Assembly: GCA_050736615.1 (NCBI GenBank)
Contig: JBOHWL010000111.1
Coordinates: 1-63,796 of the forward strand
Length of the DNA stretch: 63,796 nucleotides
Direction of reading: 5' to 3'
DNA from: Candidatus Binataceae bacterium
GTDB taxonomy: Bacteria; Desulfobacterota; Binatia; Binatales; Binataceae
A model generated the notes under the pieces. That model was not told where the DNA came from. It was given only the letters and a program-made list of their open reading frames with translations, and ran no database searches. Position 1 is the stretch's first letter, and every line of letters starts with the position of its first letter. This document shows, piece by piece, positions 26,279-34,880 of the stretch. The position numbers were made by a program, and so were the translations under genes.

Positions 26279-27313
26279 TCATTTGCGTAATTGCGGCATC
26301 ACTTCCTTGGCGAAAAGTTCCATACTGGCGCGGATTTTTTGCGGCGCCACACCCGGCAACACGGTCGCCATGACCAGGTGCGTGAAGCGGGTGCGCGCGC
26401 GATAATTCCGGATCATTTGAAGTGCATGGTCAGGAGTGCCGACAATTAAGGTTTCGCCAAAAAATTTGGCCGTGTCGGTATGACGTAACTGGCCGACCGG
26501 CGGAAGACCGCCATGCACATTCTTGTCGCCCGGCAGATCGTTCGCCTCGGAAAACCATTTGCCGTAATTGGTCATCATGTAATGCACGCCAGCTTCCGCG
26601 TCATCCCATGCCTTCTCTGCGGTCGGTGCGACGAACACCACCAGCAATTGTGCGATTTTGTAATCGGCGGGATTCTTGCCCGCTTCGGTTAGCGCCGCGT
26701 CATAAATTTGCTGCTGATCCACGCCGCCCACGCCCATCAGATGATAGCCGTTCCGCGCCGCGCGGCCGATCGATTTCGGCCCGCGTCCCGCCAGCCAGAT
26801 GGGCGGATACGGCCGCTGTACCGCATTCGGCATCAGTGTGATGTTCCGGTACTGGTAGTATTTTCCTTCGAAGGTGAAATCGCGCTCGGTGAAGGCGCGC
26901 TTGATTAAATCGGCACCTTCTTCGAGGCGGCCGCCGCGTTCTTTGCGTGAGATTCCAAACGAAATAAATTCAGGCACGCGGTAGCCTTGTCCCAGACCCA
27001 AATCCAATCGCCCGTTGGAAATTATGTCGACTGTGGCGGCGTCCTCGGCCAGCCGCAACGGACTGTGGAGCGGTAGCAAAAGCACGAACGTGCCGATACG
27101 GATCTTGCTGGTGCGCGCGCCGACCGCCGCCGCGATTGGCAACAGCGAGGATGAATAACCGTCCTCGAGAAAATGATGTTCGGTTAGCCAAATCGTGTCG
27201 AAGCCAAGCTGCTCGGCCTCCACCGCCAGGTTCAAATGGTCGCGATAAAGCTGCGCAAATGGCACCGCCTGATGCGGCGGATTGCGGAACGGGAACAGTA
27301 ATCCAAGGTCCAT
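26279..27313 (-). CDS. LLM-class flavin/F420-dependent oxidoreductase (luciferase-like)
   Basis: GFDTIWLTEHHF, ISNGRLDLGLGQGY. GGAG lies 9 nt upstream of the ATG. Confidence 0.85.
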   Translation of the reverse strand: MDLGLLFPFRNPPHQAVPFAQLYRDHLNLAVEAEQLGFDTIWLTEHHFLEDGYSSSLLPIAAAVGARTSKIRIGTFVLLLPLHSPLRLAEDAATVDIISNGRLDLGLGQGYRVPEFISFGISRKERGGRLEEGADLIKRAFTERDFTFEGKYYQYRNITLMPNAVQRPYPPIWLAGRGPKSIGRAARNGYHLMGVGGVDQQQIYDAALTEAGKNPADYKIAQLLVVFVAPTAEKAWDDAEAGVHYMMTNYGKWFSEANDLPGDKNVHGGLPPVGQLRHTDTAKFFGETLIVGTPDHALQMIRNYRARTRFTHLVMATVLPGVAPQKIRASMELFAKEVMPQLRK

Positions 27314-27531
27314 AGATTATCTCCGTGATTGAAAGCTGGCGACTCTTGAAGGTGAAAAGGCAGTTAATTAGTCCGGAAAGGTCACGAGCGCCTTTAAGCG
27401 TTTCGCTACCAAATACAGCACGCGCTCGAAAGAATCCATCGGTTTCCACGCCGTCGCGGAATCATCGCTTCAATCGCGAAATCGGCCGCCACCCTGCTAA
27501 CATATGGAGCCAATCACCGGAGGGGTTATCG

Positions 27532-28356
27532 ATGACAACACGCGCATTCTGTAATGGCAAAGACGGCGTCAGGATTCGCTACGAGGTTCGCGGGCAGGGC
27601 CAGCCGTTGGCGATGATTATGGGCTATAGCGGTTCAAGCCGCACCTGGGGCGAGCCGTTGCTGCAACAGCTCGCAACTCGCTACAGCACCATCGTCATTG
27701 ATAATCGCGGCACTGGCGAGAGCGACCAGCCTGATAAGCCGTGGACAATAACTGATATGGCGGCGGACGCCGCCGCGGTGCTCGATGCGCTCAAGCTGGC
27801 GCGCGCCCATGTGTTCGGGATTTCAATGGGCGGGATGATCGCGCAGGAATTCGCGCTGCATTTTCCCGAACGCGTGCGCGGACTGATTCTCGGCTGTACG
27901 AATTGCGGAATGTCCCATTCCGTCCAGGGCGACCCCGAGGATCTGGCCAAGCTTTCACCCACCGCCGATATCCCGCTGCGGGAACAGGCGCTGCGGGCTT
28001 TGACGGCTTGCTGCAGCAAAGCTTTCGTGGAAACCGCGCGTGGCCGCGGCTTTATCGACCAGCAACTGGCCGAGATGGAGCGTTACCCGGTTACGCCGCT
28101 CCATACCTACGCGCGCCAATGGGACGCGATTATGGGATTTGATACCTTTGATCGCCTCTCGCGGATCAAGGCGCCAACCCTGGTGATCACGGGAAGCGAT
28201 GACACGATCGTTCCGGCGGCGAATTCCACGACGCTCAAAGACCATATTCCTGGCGCCAAACTGCACGTCATCAACGGTGCGAGTCATCTATTTTTCTGGG
28301 AGGCGCCGGAGGAGGCCGCGCAAGCGGCCGCCAATTTCCTCGATTCGGTGGGCTGA
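27532..28356 (+). CDS. alpha/beta hydrolase
   Basis: Track ORF 27325..28356. ATG 27532 is preceded by GGAGGGG. IVIDNRGTGESD, GISMGGMIAQ and ASHLFFWE (His). Confidence 0.85.
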   Translation: MTTRAFCNGKDGVRIRYEVRGQGQPLAMIMGYSGSSRTWGEPLLQQLATRYSTIVIDNRGTGESDQPDKPWTITDMAADAAAVLDALKLARAHVFGISMGGMIAQEFALHFPERVRGLILGCTNCGMSHSVQGDPEDLAKLSPTADIPLREQALRALTACCSKAFVETARGRGFIDQQLAEMERYPVTPLHTYARQWDAIMGFDTFDRLSRIKAPTLVITGSDDTIVPAANSTTLKDHIPGAKLHVINGASHLFFWEAPEEAAQAAANFLDSVG

Positions 28357-28389
28357 GCGTAAAGACCTGCGCGCCAGCCGCTCCGCCAT

Positions 28390-28570
28390 TCATAAGAGTA
28401 CAGTCATTCCGGGCGGAGTCCGCCGGAGTCGAGAAATCGGCGTTTACTCTGAGCACAGCCGAAGGGCGCAGCGATTATTCTTATCAGCAAACAAGCAAAG
28501 ATTCTTTGCTTCACGCAAACCCCGCGGCGCGTTCAATGACAAGCGGGATCACGAATCCATAGAGCGCTAA
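28390..28570. repeat. degenerate relic of the MITE-like element (copy 6?)
   Basis: GTCATTCCGGGCGGAGTC, AAGATTCTTTGCTTCACGC and GCGTTCAATGACAAGCGGGATCAC occur in the same order as GTCATTCTGAACGGAGTC / GGGATTCTTCGCTGCGC / GCGCTCAGAATGACAGAATCAC. The termini are poorly conserved. Confidence 0.35.
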
Positions 28571-28592
28571 GTCCCGAAGGAGACTACCAATC

Positions 28593-29411
28593 ATGTCCTC
28601 ATACGAGACCGTCGCCTACGAAAAGATCGAAGACAAGATTTTCCGGCTGACTCTGAATCGCCCGGAAAAGCTCAATGCGATGTCGCCCAAGCTGCTCAAG
28701 GAATTCGACCAGGTGATGGACGAGTTCGAAAACGACCAGGAGGCAAGTGTTCTGATCATCCGCGGCGCCGGCCGCGCGTTTTGCGCCGGCTACGATTTGC
28801 AGGGAACGCAGCAACCCGGCTCAGGTTTCACTGTGAGTAGCGACCGTGTCAATCTGCAGCGCATCGTCGAGCGCTGGCAGCGGCTATGGTCGTTGCGCAA
28901 GCCAACCATCGCGCAGGTGCATGGCTATTGTCTTGCCGGCGCGACCGAGCTGGTAGGCCATTGCGATATCGTCTTCGCCAGCGCTGACGCCCAGTTCGGC
29001 CATCCGGCGGGCCGTGCTTTAGGAATTCTCCCGACTTTATCGCTCTGGCCGCTGCTGATGGGTCCGCGCAAGACCAAGGAGTATTTTTTCACCGGCGATT
29101 TGATGACTGCACAGGAGGCGCTTGAATGGCATCTGGTCAACCGCGTCTTTCCCAAGGATCACCTCGAAGCGGAGACGCTTGATTATGCGCGGCGGGTCGC
29201 GATGGTTCCGGTGGAATTGCTGGCCCTGCATAAAGCGGCAGTCAACCGCTGGCTCGACGTCATGGGCTTTCGCGCTGCCGAACAGTCTTCCGCCGATCTC
29301 GACTGTATCGCGCATCAGACCGAGGCGGTGAAGAACTGGATGAAGGCGAGCCGTGAAAAGGGCCTGAAGCAGGCCTTGACCGAACGCGACCGTCCGTTCG
29401 TCAAAAAATAG
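28593..29411 (+). CDS. enoyl-CoA hydratase/isomerase (crotonase) family protein
   Basis: LTLNRPEKLNAM, VLIIRGAGRAFCAGYDL. AAGGAG lies upstream of the ATG. Confidence 0.85.
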   Translation: MSSYETVAYEKIEDKIFRLTLNRPEKLNAMSPKLLKEFDQVMDEFENDQEASVLIIRGAGRAFCAGYDLQGTQQPGSGFTVSSDRVNLQRIVERWQRLWSLRKPTIAQVHGYCLAGATELVGHCDIVFASADAQFGHPAGRALGILPTLSLWPLLMGPRKTKEYFFTGDLMTAQEALEWHLVNRVFPKDHLEAETLDYARRVAMVPVELLALHKAAVNRWLDVMGFRAAEQSSADLDCIAHQTEAVKNWMKASREKGLKQALTERDRPFVKK

Positions 29412-29429
29412 ACGTTGGCGCCGTGCGGC

Positions 29430-30422
29430 CTACGCATCGACGGTCCGCATCGCGGATTCCGGATAACGCAGGCCGGCAGCCGCCCCGCGTGGTGCAATGC
29501 GATCGAGGCGGTCGAGGTCGTCGGGCGTCAGTTCGAGCTCGGCGGCGGCCACATTTTCCTCGAGATGTTTGCGTCGCGTGGTCCCCGCAATCGCCGCAAT
29601 GTCATCGCCCTGAGCCAGCACCCAGGCCAGCGCGAGTTGGCTCGGGGTCACTCCGCGAGCCGCGGCCAGGCGCTCGAGCTCGCGCACCAGCTCAAGATTG
29701 CGCGCGAAGTTCGCGCCTTGAAAGCGCGGATTTTCACGGCGCCAGTCGTCCGGCTCGAGGTCGTCGAGCGACTTGATCGCGCCGGAAAGAAAGCCGCGCC
29801 CGAGTGGACTGTAGGCGACAAAGCCGATGCCCAAACTGCGCGTGGTGTGCAAAATGTCCTCTTCGGGCGCGCGGCTCCATAGCGAATATTCGGTTTGCAG
29901 CGCCGAGATTGGATGAATCGAGTGAGCGCGCCGAATTGTCGCTGGCGCGGCCTCCGAGAGACCGATGAAGCGCACCTTGCCTTGCGCAACCAGTTCGGCC
30001 ATCGCGCCCACCGTCTCTTCAATCGCGACGTTGTGATCGACGCGATGCTGGTAATAGAGGTCGATATGATCGAGACCAAGCCGCTTGAGTGAAGCGTCGC
30101 AGGCCTGACGGACATATTCCGGACGCCCATTCACTCCCAGGCGCGCGCCATCCTCGCGCCGTTCGTTGCCGAATTTGGTCGCGATCACAAATTGCTCGCG
30201 ATGTCCCTTGATCGCGCGCCCAACCAGCCGCTCATTGGTGAAGGGACCGTAAGCATCCGCCGTATCGAGAAAATTAATGCCCAGATCAAGCGCGCGATGA
30301 ATCGTCGCGATCGATTCATTGTCGTCGGCGCTGCCATAAAACTCCGACATGCCCATGCATCCAAGGCCAATTGCGGAGACCATGAGCCCGGTGCTGCCCA
30401 ATTGTCGCGTTTTCATGCTCAT
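29430..30422 (-). CDS. aldo/keto reductase
   Basis: [44 protein letters not shown]. The start is ambiguous among ATGs at 30416, 30422 and 30428 (the track ORF runs to 30473). Confidence 0.9.
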   Translation of the reverse strand: MSMKTRQLGSTGLMVSAIGLGCMGMSEFYGSADDNESIATIHRALDLGINFLDTADAYGPFTNERLVGRAIKGHREQFVIATKFGNERREDGARLGVNGRPEYVRQACDASLKRLGLDHIDLYYQHRVDHNVAIEETVGAMAELVAQGKVRFIGLSEAAPATIRRAHSIHPISALQTEYSLWSRAPEEDILHTTRSLGIGFVAYSPLGRGFLSGAIKSLDDLEPDDWRRENPRFQGANFARNLELVRELERLAAARGVTPSQLALAWVLAQGDDIAAIAGTTRRKHLEENVAAAELELTPDDLDRLDRIAPRGAAAGLRYPESAMRTVDA

Positions 30423-30538
30423 TTCCATCCTGAAGCGATTTTCCGGAGAAACGCTCGGGCGAACGAGCGCCATACCGAATCACTACCGCGACCAGCGAGG
30501 CGAGGCCAGCGGGCGAAGGAAAATTCGCGGGCGCCGGT

Positions 30539-31126
30539 TCAACGCTGGATTGGCATCGGCGGGTGGTAGCCGGAGTTGTCGTGCTCGATCAGCACGATGC
30601 CGCAATTTGCCGGCAGATGCGCGCCGGCCCAATGGCCGATCACGTGCGCCCACATCGACAGCATCACGCCGCCGTGGCTCACGACCACCAGCTCGTCATC
30701 CGGATAACGAGTCCGTATTTGCTCGATCACGGCGACCACGCGTTGCCGCACGTCTTCATAACTTTCGCCGCCCTCTGGTTTCCAGAGCCATCCTTGGTGG
30801 GGATCATAGACCGGGTCCTGGCGCACCGCTTCACGCAATGCGTCGTAGGACTCGCCTTTGAGACGGCCCAAGTCGCGTTCGTGCAAGTCGTGGACGACCT
30901 CAATCGGCAACTTCAACGATTCAGCGATTATATCGCTGGTTTGCCGCGCGCGCCGAAACGGACTGGAGAGGATCAGCCGCGGATGAAACCGGCGGGCGAT
31001 CACGGCCGCCGCGTCGTACGCCTGCCGCCGCCCGAGTTCCGTTATCGGCACCTCGGGAGAAAGGGTGAAGCGGCGATCACGATTACCTTCGCTCTCGCCG
31101 TGGCGAACCATGATCAACTTACCCAT
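30539..31126 (-). CDS. histidine phosphatase (phosphoglycerate mutase) family protein
   Basis: LIMVRHGESEGN (RHG motif) and VVVSHGG. Confidence 0.85.
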   Translation of the reverse strand: MGKLIMVRHGESEGNRDRRFTLSPEVPITELGRRQAYDAAAVIARRFHPRLILSSPFRRARQTSDIIAESLKLPIEVVHDLHERDLGRLKGESYDALREAVRQDPVYDPHQGWLWKPEGGESYEDVRQRVVAVIEQIRTRYPDDELVVVSHGGVMLSMWAHVIGHWAGAHLPANCGIVLIEHDNSGYHPPMPIQR

Positions 31127-31138
31127 CGCCGCGGGACA

Positions 31139-31190
31139 CTAGGCGGAGGGCAGCGGAGCCGAGCAGGCGAGTCTGCGAGCTGCGTTATTC
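31139..31190. repeat. solitary copy of the GC-rich module associated with the MITE family
   Basis: CTAGGCGGAGGGCAGCGGAGCCGAGCAGGCGAGTCTGCGAGCTGCGTTATTC closely matches the tandem units at 2934-3167. It starts with CTAG and sits in a 74-nt intergenic gap. Confidence 0.6.
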
Positions 31191-31200
31191 AGAGTCGATT

Positions 31201-31764
31201 TCAATTGCAAGTGCATTGCGAACACATCTGCATTTGAGCGGCGGTCGAGAAATTCGTATAGGGAGAAATTGGCAGGGGAAAGGAGGACGCGGCGTTGACG
31301 CCCGGGCCGGTGCTCGATCTCGTCGCCGATTGGCTGGTCAAGAGCGCGGGCGCGGAGGGCAGCCCGATCGAAGTTGGCGGAAGAAAAGGTGATTCGGGGG
31401 CCTTGCCGAGATTGTAAGTCAGGCACTCGCTAGTCGCCGCCTGGCGCGCGCCGAAAAAGCTGCTTGCCTGTAATTGACCCATCCAATGCGTGCCGGTGCC
31501 CGGACCGTAACAACTGCAGTTGAAGACATGGACCGCGGGAGTGGGGGTGGGTGTGGCGGGCGTGGGCGCCAACACCAAAGAAGGAAGTCCCTGCGGCTGT
31601 ACCGGCGCCGCCAGCGCCGGCGCCGCAAAAGGTGTCTGACGCGGTTCGATGAAGGCGTTCGAGGACACCTGGCCCCATACCGGCGCATGATTCCACGGCA
31701 ACGCGAGTGTCAACGCGAATATCAATGCGACCGCCGCCGCAGCCAGAACTTTGATCACAAGCAT
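31201..31764 (-). CDS. hypothetical secreted Cys-containing protein
   Basis: Signal-peptide-like MLVIKVLAAAAVALIFALTLALP, a Pro/Thr/Ala linker (PTPATPTPTPA), and the C-terminus ..MCSQCTCN. No family was recognised. Confidence 0.45.
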   Translation of the reverse strand: MLVIKVLAAAAVALIFALTLALPWNHAPVWGQVSSNAFIEPRQTPFAAPALAAPVQPQGLPSLVLAPTPATPTPTPAVHVFNCSCYGPGTGTHWMGQLQASSFFGARQAATSECLTYNLGKAPESPFLPPTSIGLPSAPALLTSQSATRSSTGPGVNAASSFPLPISPYTNFSTAAQMQMCSQCTCN

Positions 31765-32087
31765 GCTGGCGGTACCGGGAAACTTTGACCGGAGAAAGCT
31801 TTTAAGATTAACAGCACGATTACTTTATAAAGAACGCCCAGAGCCTTGGCTATAATCGCCCCGCGGACCTGGTGCAAGCATCCGGGTAAACCGCGCCGTG
31901 ACGTGGAAGACATTTCATCCCCGCGCACTTTGCGATAGACCTAACACGCTGTTGAGAAACGCTTAAGTATTTCCGCATTTTATAGGCGGCTCGCGAACCC
32001 GCCGGCGTGGCGCTTCCCGGCGGCGCCAGTGTCGGCGAGGGAACTGTGAGTCTCCGGAGGCTTGGATTGCAAGGAGGCCTGCACAAG

Positions 32088-33965
32088 ATGTTACGAGCTA
32101 ACTGCGCAATACTCGCGCTGTCGTTTGCCGCTTTACTGACAGCGCTCAGTATGCCGGCGAGGGCGCAATCCACTTCGTCCTATAATAACCCCAACGCGAT
32201 CAACGCTCCTTCGACCAGTGGACAGACGCCGCCGGCCAATCTACCAACCGCCGAATTACAGCGCCCGGCCGTGAATATTCCGCCCGCGGCGTCGCGCCAT
32301 TTCGAAAACAATCCCATACTCACGCTGCCCGAGATGTTTGCCCATCAGTGGTCGCCGGCTCGCGACGTCGCGCCTGAAGAAATTATCAGCGAGCGGTATC
32401 TGCGAACGCAGGATAGCACGACCCGAAAGCTTTCGCTCAAACAGGCGATCTATATCGCTTTGCGCAACAACCCCGCGCTTGAAGCGCAGGCGTTGACCCC
32501 GATAGCCTCGACCGAATCGATCAATCTGGCCAATGCGTCCTTCGATCCGGACCTGACCTCGCAACTGGACGTAGAGAAATCGGTGACGCCGGTTACCTCG
32601 CCCTTTCAGGCCACCGGCGGCGCCTTCACGCAAAAGTTTTACGATTGGGACTTTGGCCTCAACAAGGTCTCCTCGATCACCGGCGGCACGATGGGAGTGA
32701 CATTCAACAATGATCGCACCCTGACCAATTCGGTCTTCAGCTCGGTCAATCCCTCGTACACACCAGAACTTACCTTATCGCTGGAACAGCCGCTGCTGCG
32801 CAATTTCGGCTGGAACTTCGCGACCATCAACGTGCGTCTGGCAAAATCGGCACAGCGCCAATCGCAATGGCAGTACGGGGCGGCGCTAAACGACTTCGTC
32901 CAGCGCGTCGGCCAGGACTACTGGTCGGTGGTGGCGGGCGAGGAAAACCTCGCGGTGGCGCAAGCGGCGCTCAAGTTCAACAAGGATTTGGTGCGCGTCA
33001 ACCGCATCAGCGTGAGAGTCGGCACCCTTGCACCGATTGATTTGCAGGAAGCGGAGTCCGCGTCTTCCACTGCGGAAGCCAACGTCTTTACCGCGGAAGC
33101 GACGCTTAAGAGTGCGGTTTCGGCCTTGCGCCAGGACGTCATGCTCAACCCGGCGGGCACTTTCGTACCGGAGCGGATCGAGCCGTCCGATCAGCCGGAT
33201 ACGCACCTGCGGATGAATGAAAACGAGGAGACCGCGCTGGAGTCGGCGGTTGAATACAGCCCCTTGCTGGGCGGGCTGCGCGAGGCGATTCGCACTTCGC
33301 TGCTACAGGTCAAATTCGCGCAGAATCAAACCCTGCCACAGCTTAACATCGGCGCCCAGTATGGACAGACCGCGGTCGCGGGCACGACACCTTGTATTCC
33401 GAAGTTTGGGAGTGGCGTGACGAATTGTACGGCCCCAGGAGGCGCCGCCGGAAGCAAGTTGCCGTTTGGCGGCATTTACGGTGATGCGCTCAATCGGATG
33501 CTCAACGGCAAGTTCTACGACTACGCGGCGGTATTGAATTTTGAGATGCCGCTCAACAATGCCGCCGCCAAAGCGGCGCTCGCCCAGGCGCGCATCTCTT
33601 ATGAACAGGCTCGCATGCAATATCGCGCGGCTATATCGCAGATGGTGTTCGAAGTGCAGAGTGCGCTGGCCAACTTACACGCCGACGAACAAAGCGTGAT
33701 CGCCACGCGCAACGCGGTGTTTTTCGCGGAACAATCGTTGCACGACGAGCAGATAGAATTCCGCGTCGGGATGGCGACCACGCACGATCTGTTGCAGTTC
33801 CAGAGCGAGCTCGTCACTGCGCAAGGTAACCAGGTGCAATCAGACGTAAGCCTTGAAGATGCCCGGCTCGCGCTGTGGCATGCGGAAGGCACGCTGCTGA
33901 ACCATTTCGATATTAATTTCGAAATTCAAAGGACTAACGAGACTCCGTGGTTCGCGCGTTTTTAG
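32088..33965 (+). CDS. TolC-family outer membrane efflux protein
   Basis: Track ORF 32007..33965. ATG 32088 follows AAGGAGG. Signal peptide MLRANCAILALSFAALLTALSMPARAQ. OEP repeat signatures include LSLKQAIYIALRNNPALEA. Confidence 0.8.
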   Translation: MLRANCAILALSFAALLTALSMPARAQSTSSYNNPNAINAPSTSGQTPPANLPTAELQRPAVNIPPAASRHFENNPILTLPEMFAHQWSPARDVAPEEIISERYLRTQDSTTRKLSLKQAIYIALRNNPALEAQALTPIASTESINLANASFDPDLTSQLDVEKSVTPVTSPFQATGGAFTQKFYDWDFGLNKVSSITGGTMGVTFNNDRTLTNSVFSSVNPSYTPELTLSLEQPLLRNFGWNFATINVRLAKSAQRQSQWQYGAALNDFVQRVGQDYWSVVAGEENLAVAQAALKFNKDLVRVNRISVRVGTLAPIDLQEAESASSTAEANVFTAEATLKSAVSALRQDVMLNPAGTFVPERIEPSDQPDTHLRMNENEETALESAVEYSPLLGGLREAIRTSLLQVKFAQNQTLPQLNIGAQYGQTAVAGTTPCIPKFGSGVTNCTAPGGAAGSKLPFGGIYGDALNRMLNGKFYDYAAVLNFEMPLNNAAAKAALAQARISYEQARMQYRAAISQMVFEVQSALANLHADEQSVIATRNAVFFAEQSLHDEQIEFRVGMATTHDLLQFQSELVTAQGNQVQSDVSLEDARLALWHAEGTLLNHFDINFEIQRTNETPWFARF

Positions 33966-34068
33966 CCATGCTAATCGTGCACACTGCGCTGACCGGCCGC
34001 TCAATCGTTCGACGCCAGTAAAACCCATCGCCTAAGATAACGGAATCCACTTCGATGGAGGACTGCGA

Positions 34069-34464
34069 ATGGAAAAGAAATTCATCAACCCAGCCGAAAT
34101 TCATAAGCCGACCGGATATACGCATGCGGTGGCGGTCGAGGGCGGGCGCACCATTTTCATTTCCGGCCAGGTTGGTGTTGACCAGGCCGGGCAGTTGGCT
34201 GGCAACGACCTGCGCTCGCAGGCGCAAAAGGCCGCCGAAAATCTGATCGCGGCACTGAAAGCGGCGGGCGCGGCGCCCAGTGACATTGTCAAACTCAATA
34301 CTTACGTCGTTAACTACAGCCGGGATGATTACAAGGTGATCCGCGAGGTGCGGTCGGCTATTTTTCCAGCCGAAAATCCACCGGCTTCAACCCTCATCGG
34401 AGTTCAAGCGCTTGCGTTTGAGGGCCTGTTGATTGAAATGGAAGCGATAGCCGTGGTCCGCTGA
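34069..34464 (+). CDS. ridA: RidA (YjgF/YER057c/UK114) family protein
   Basis: GYTHAVAVEGGRTIFISGQVG ... PASTLIGVQALAFEGLLIEMEAIAV. GGAGGA lies upstream. Confidence 0.9.
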   Translation: MEKKFINPAEIHKPTGYTHAVAVEGGRTIFISGQVGVDQAGQLAGNDLRSQAQKAAENLIAALKAAGAAPSDIVKLNTYVVNYSRDDYKVIREVRSAIFPAENPPASTLIGVQALAFEGLLIEMEAIAVVR

Positions 34465-34557
34465 AGCGAGGGCGCATCGCCTCTGACGCGGTGCGGGCAG
34501 GCCTGACGAAACCGAAACGGGTTGCGCTCGGGCACCAATGCTTCTCGGATTTGCGCG

Positions 34558-34860
34558 CTAGCCGTATACGACCTCGACGGTGTCGAGGTAGGTGGCGAGC
34601 CGCTCGGCGCATTGAGACGCCGTTGCAGCGTCTTGATGCTGTGCGGCCTCTTCGAGCGCCGCGCCGAAATCCGTGATGGCATCAAATCCGTAGCCGCCGC
34701 CTTCGCCTTTCATGCGATGGCCCAGGCGGGCGAGGGTGTCATAATCACCACGTTCGACGGCGTCTCGCGCCAGCCTCGCGTCGTCACGCTTACGGGCGAG
34801 GAAGCCAGGAATCAGATCGCTTAGGTCGCTGTCAACTTGCACCACGGTCTTTTCTATCAC
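34558..34860 (-). CDS. Hpt (histidine phosphotransfer) domain protein
   Basis: LARLGHRMKGEGGGYGF contains the Hpt H-x2-KG motif. A GTG start at 34860 is preceded by GGTGGAG, 20 nt after the kinase stop (the track ORF runs to 34980). Confidence 0.75.
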   Translation of the reverse strand: MIEKTVVQVDSDLSDLIPGFLARKRDDARLARDAVERGDYDTLARLGHRMKGEGGGYGFDAITDFGAALEEAAQHQDAATASQCAERLATYLDTVEVVYG

Positions 34861-34880
34861 GCTCCACCTCGACTCCACGT

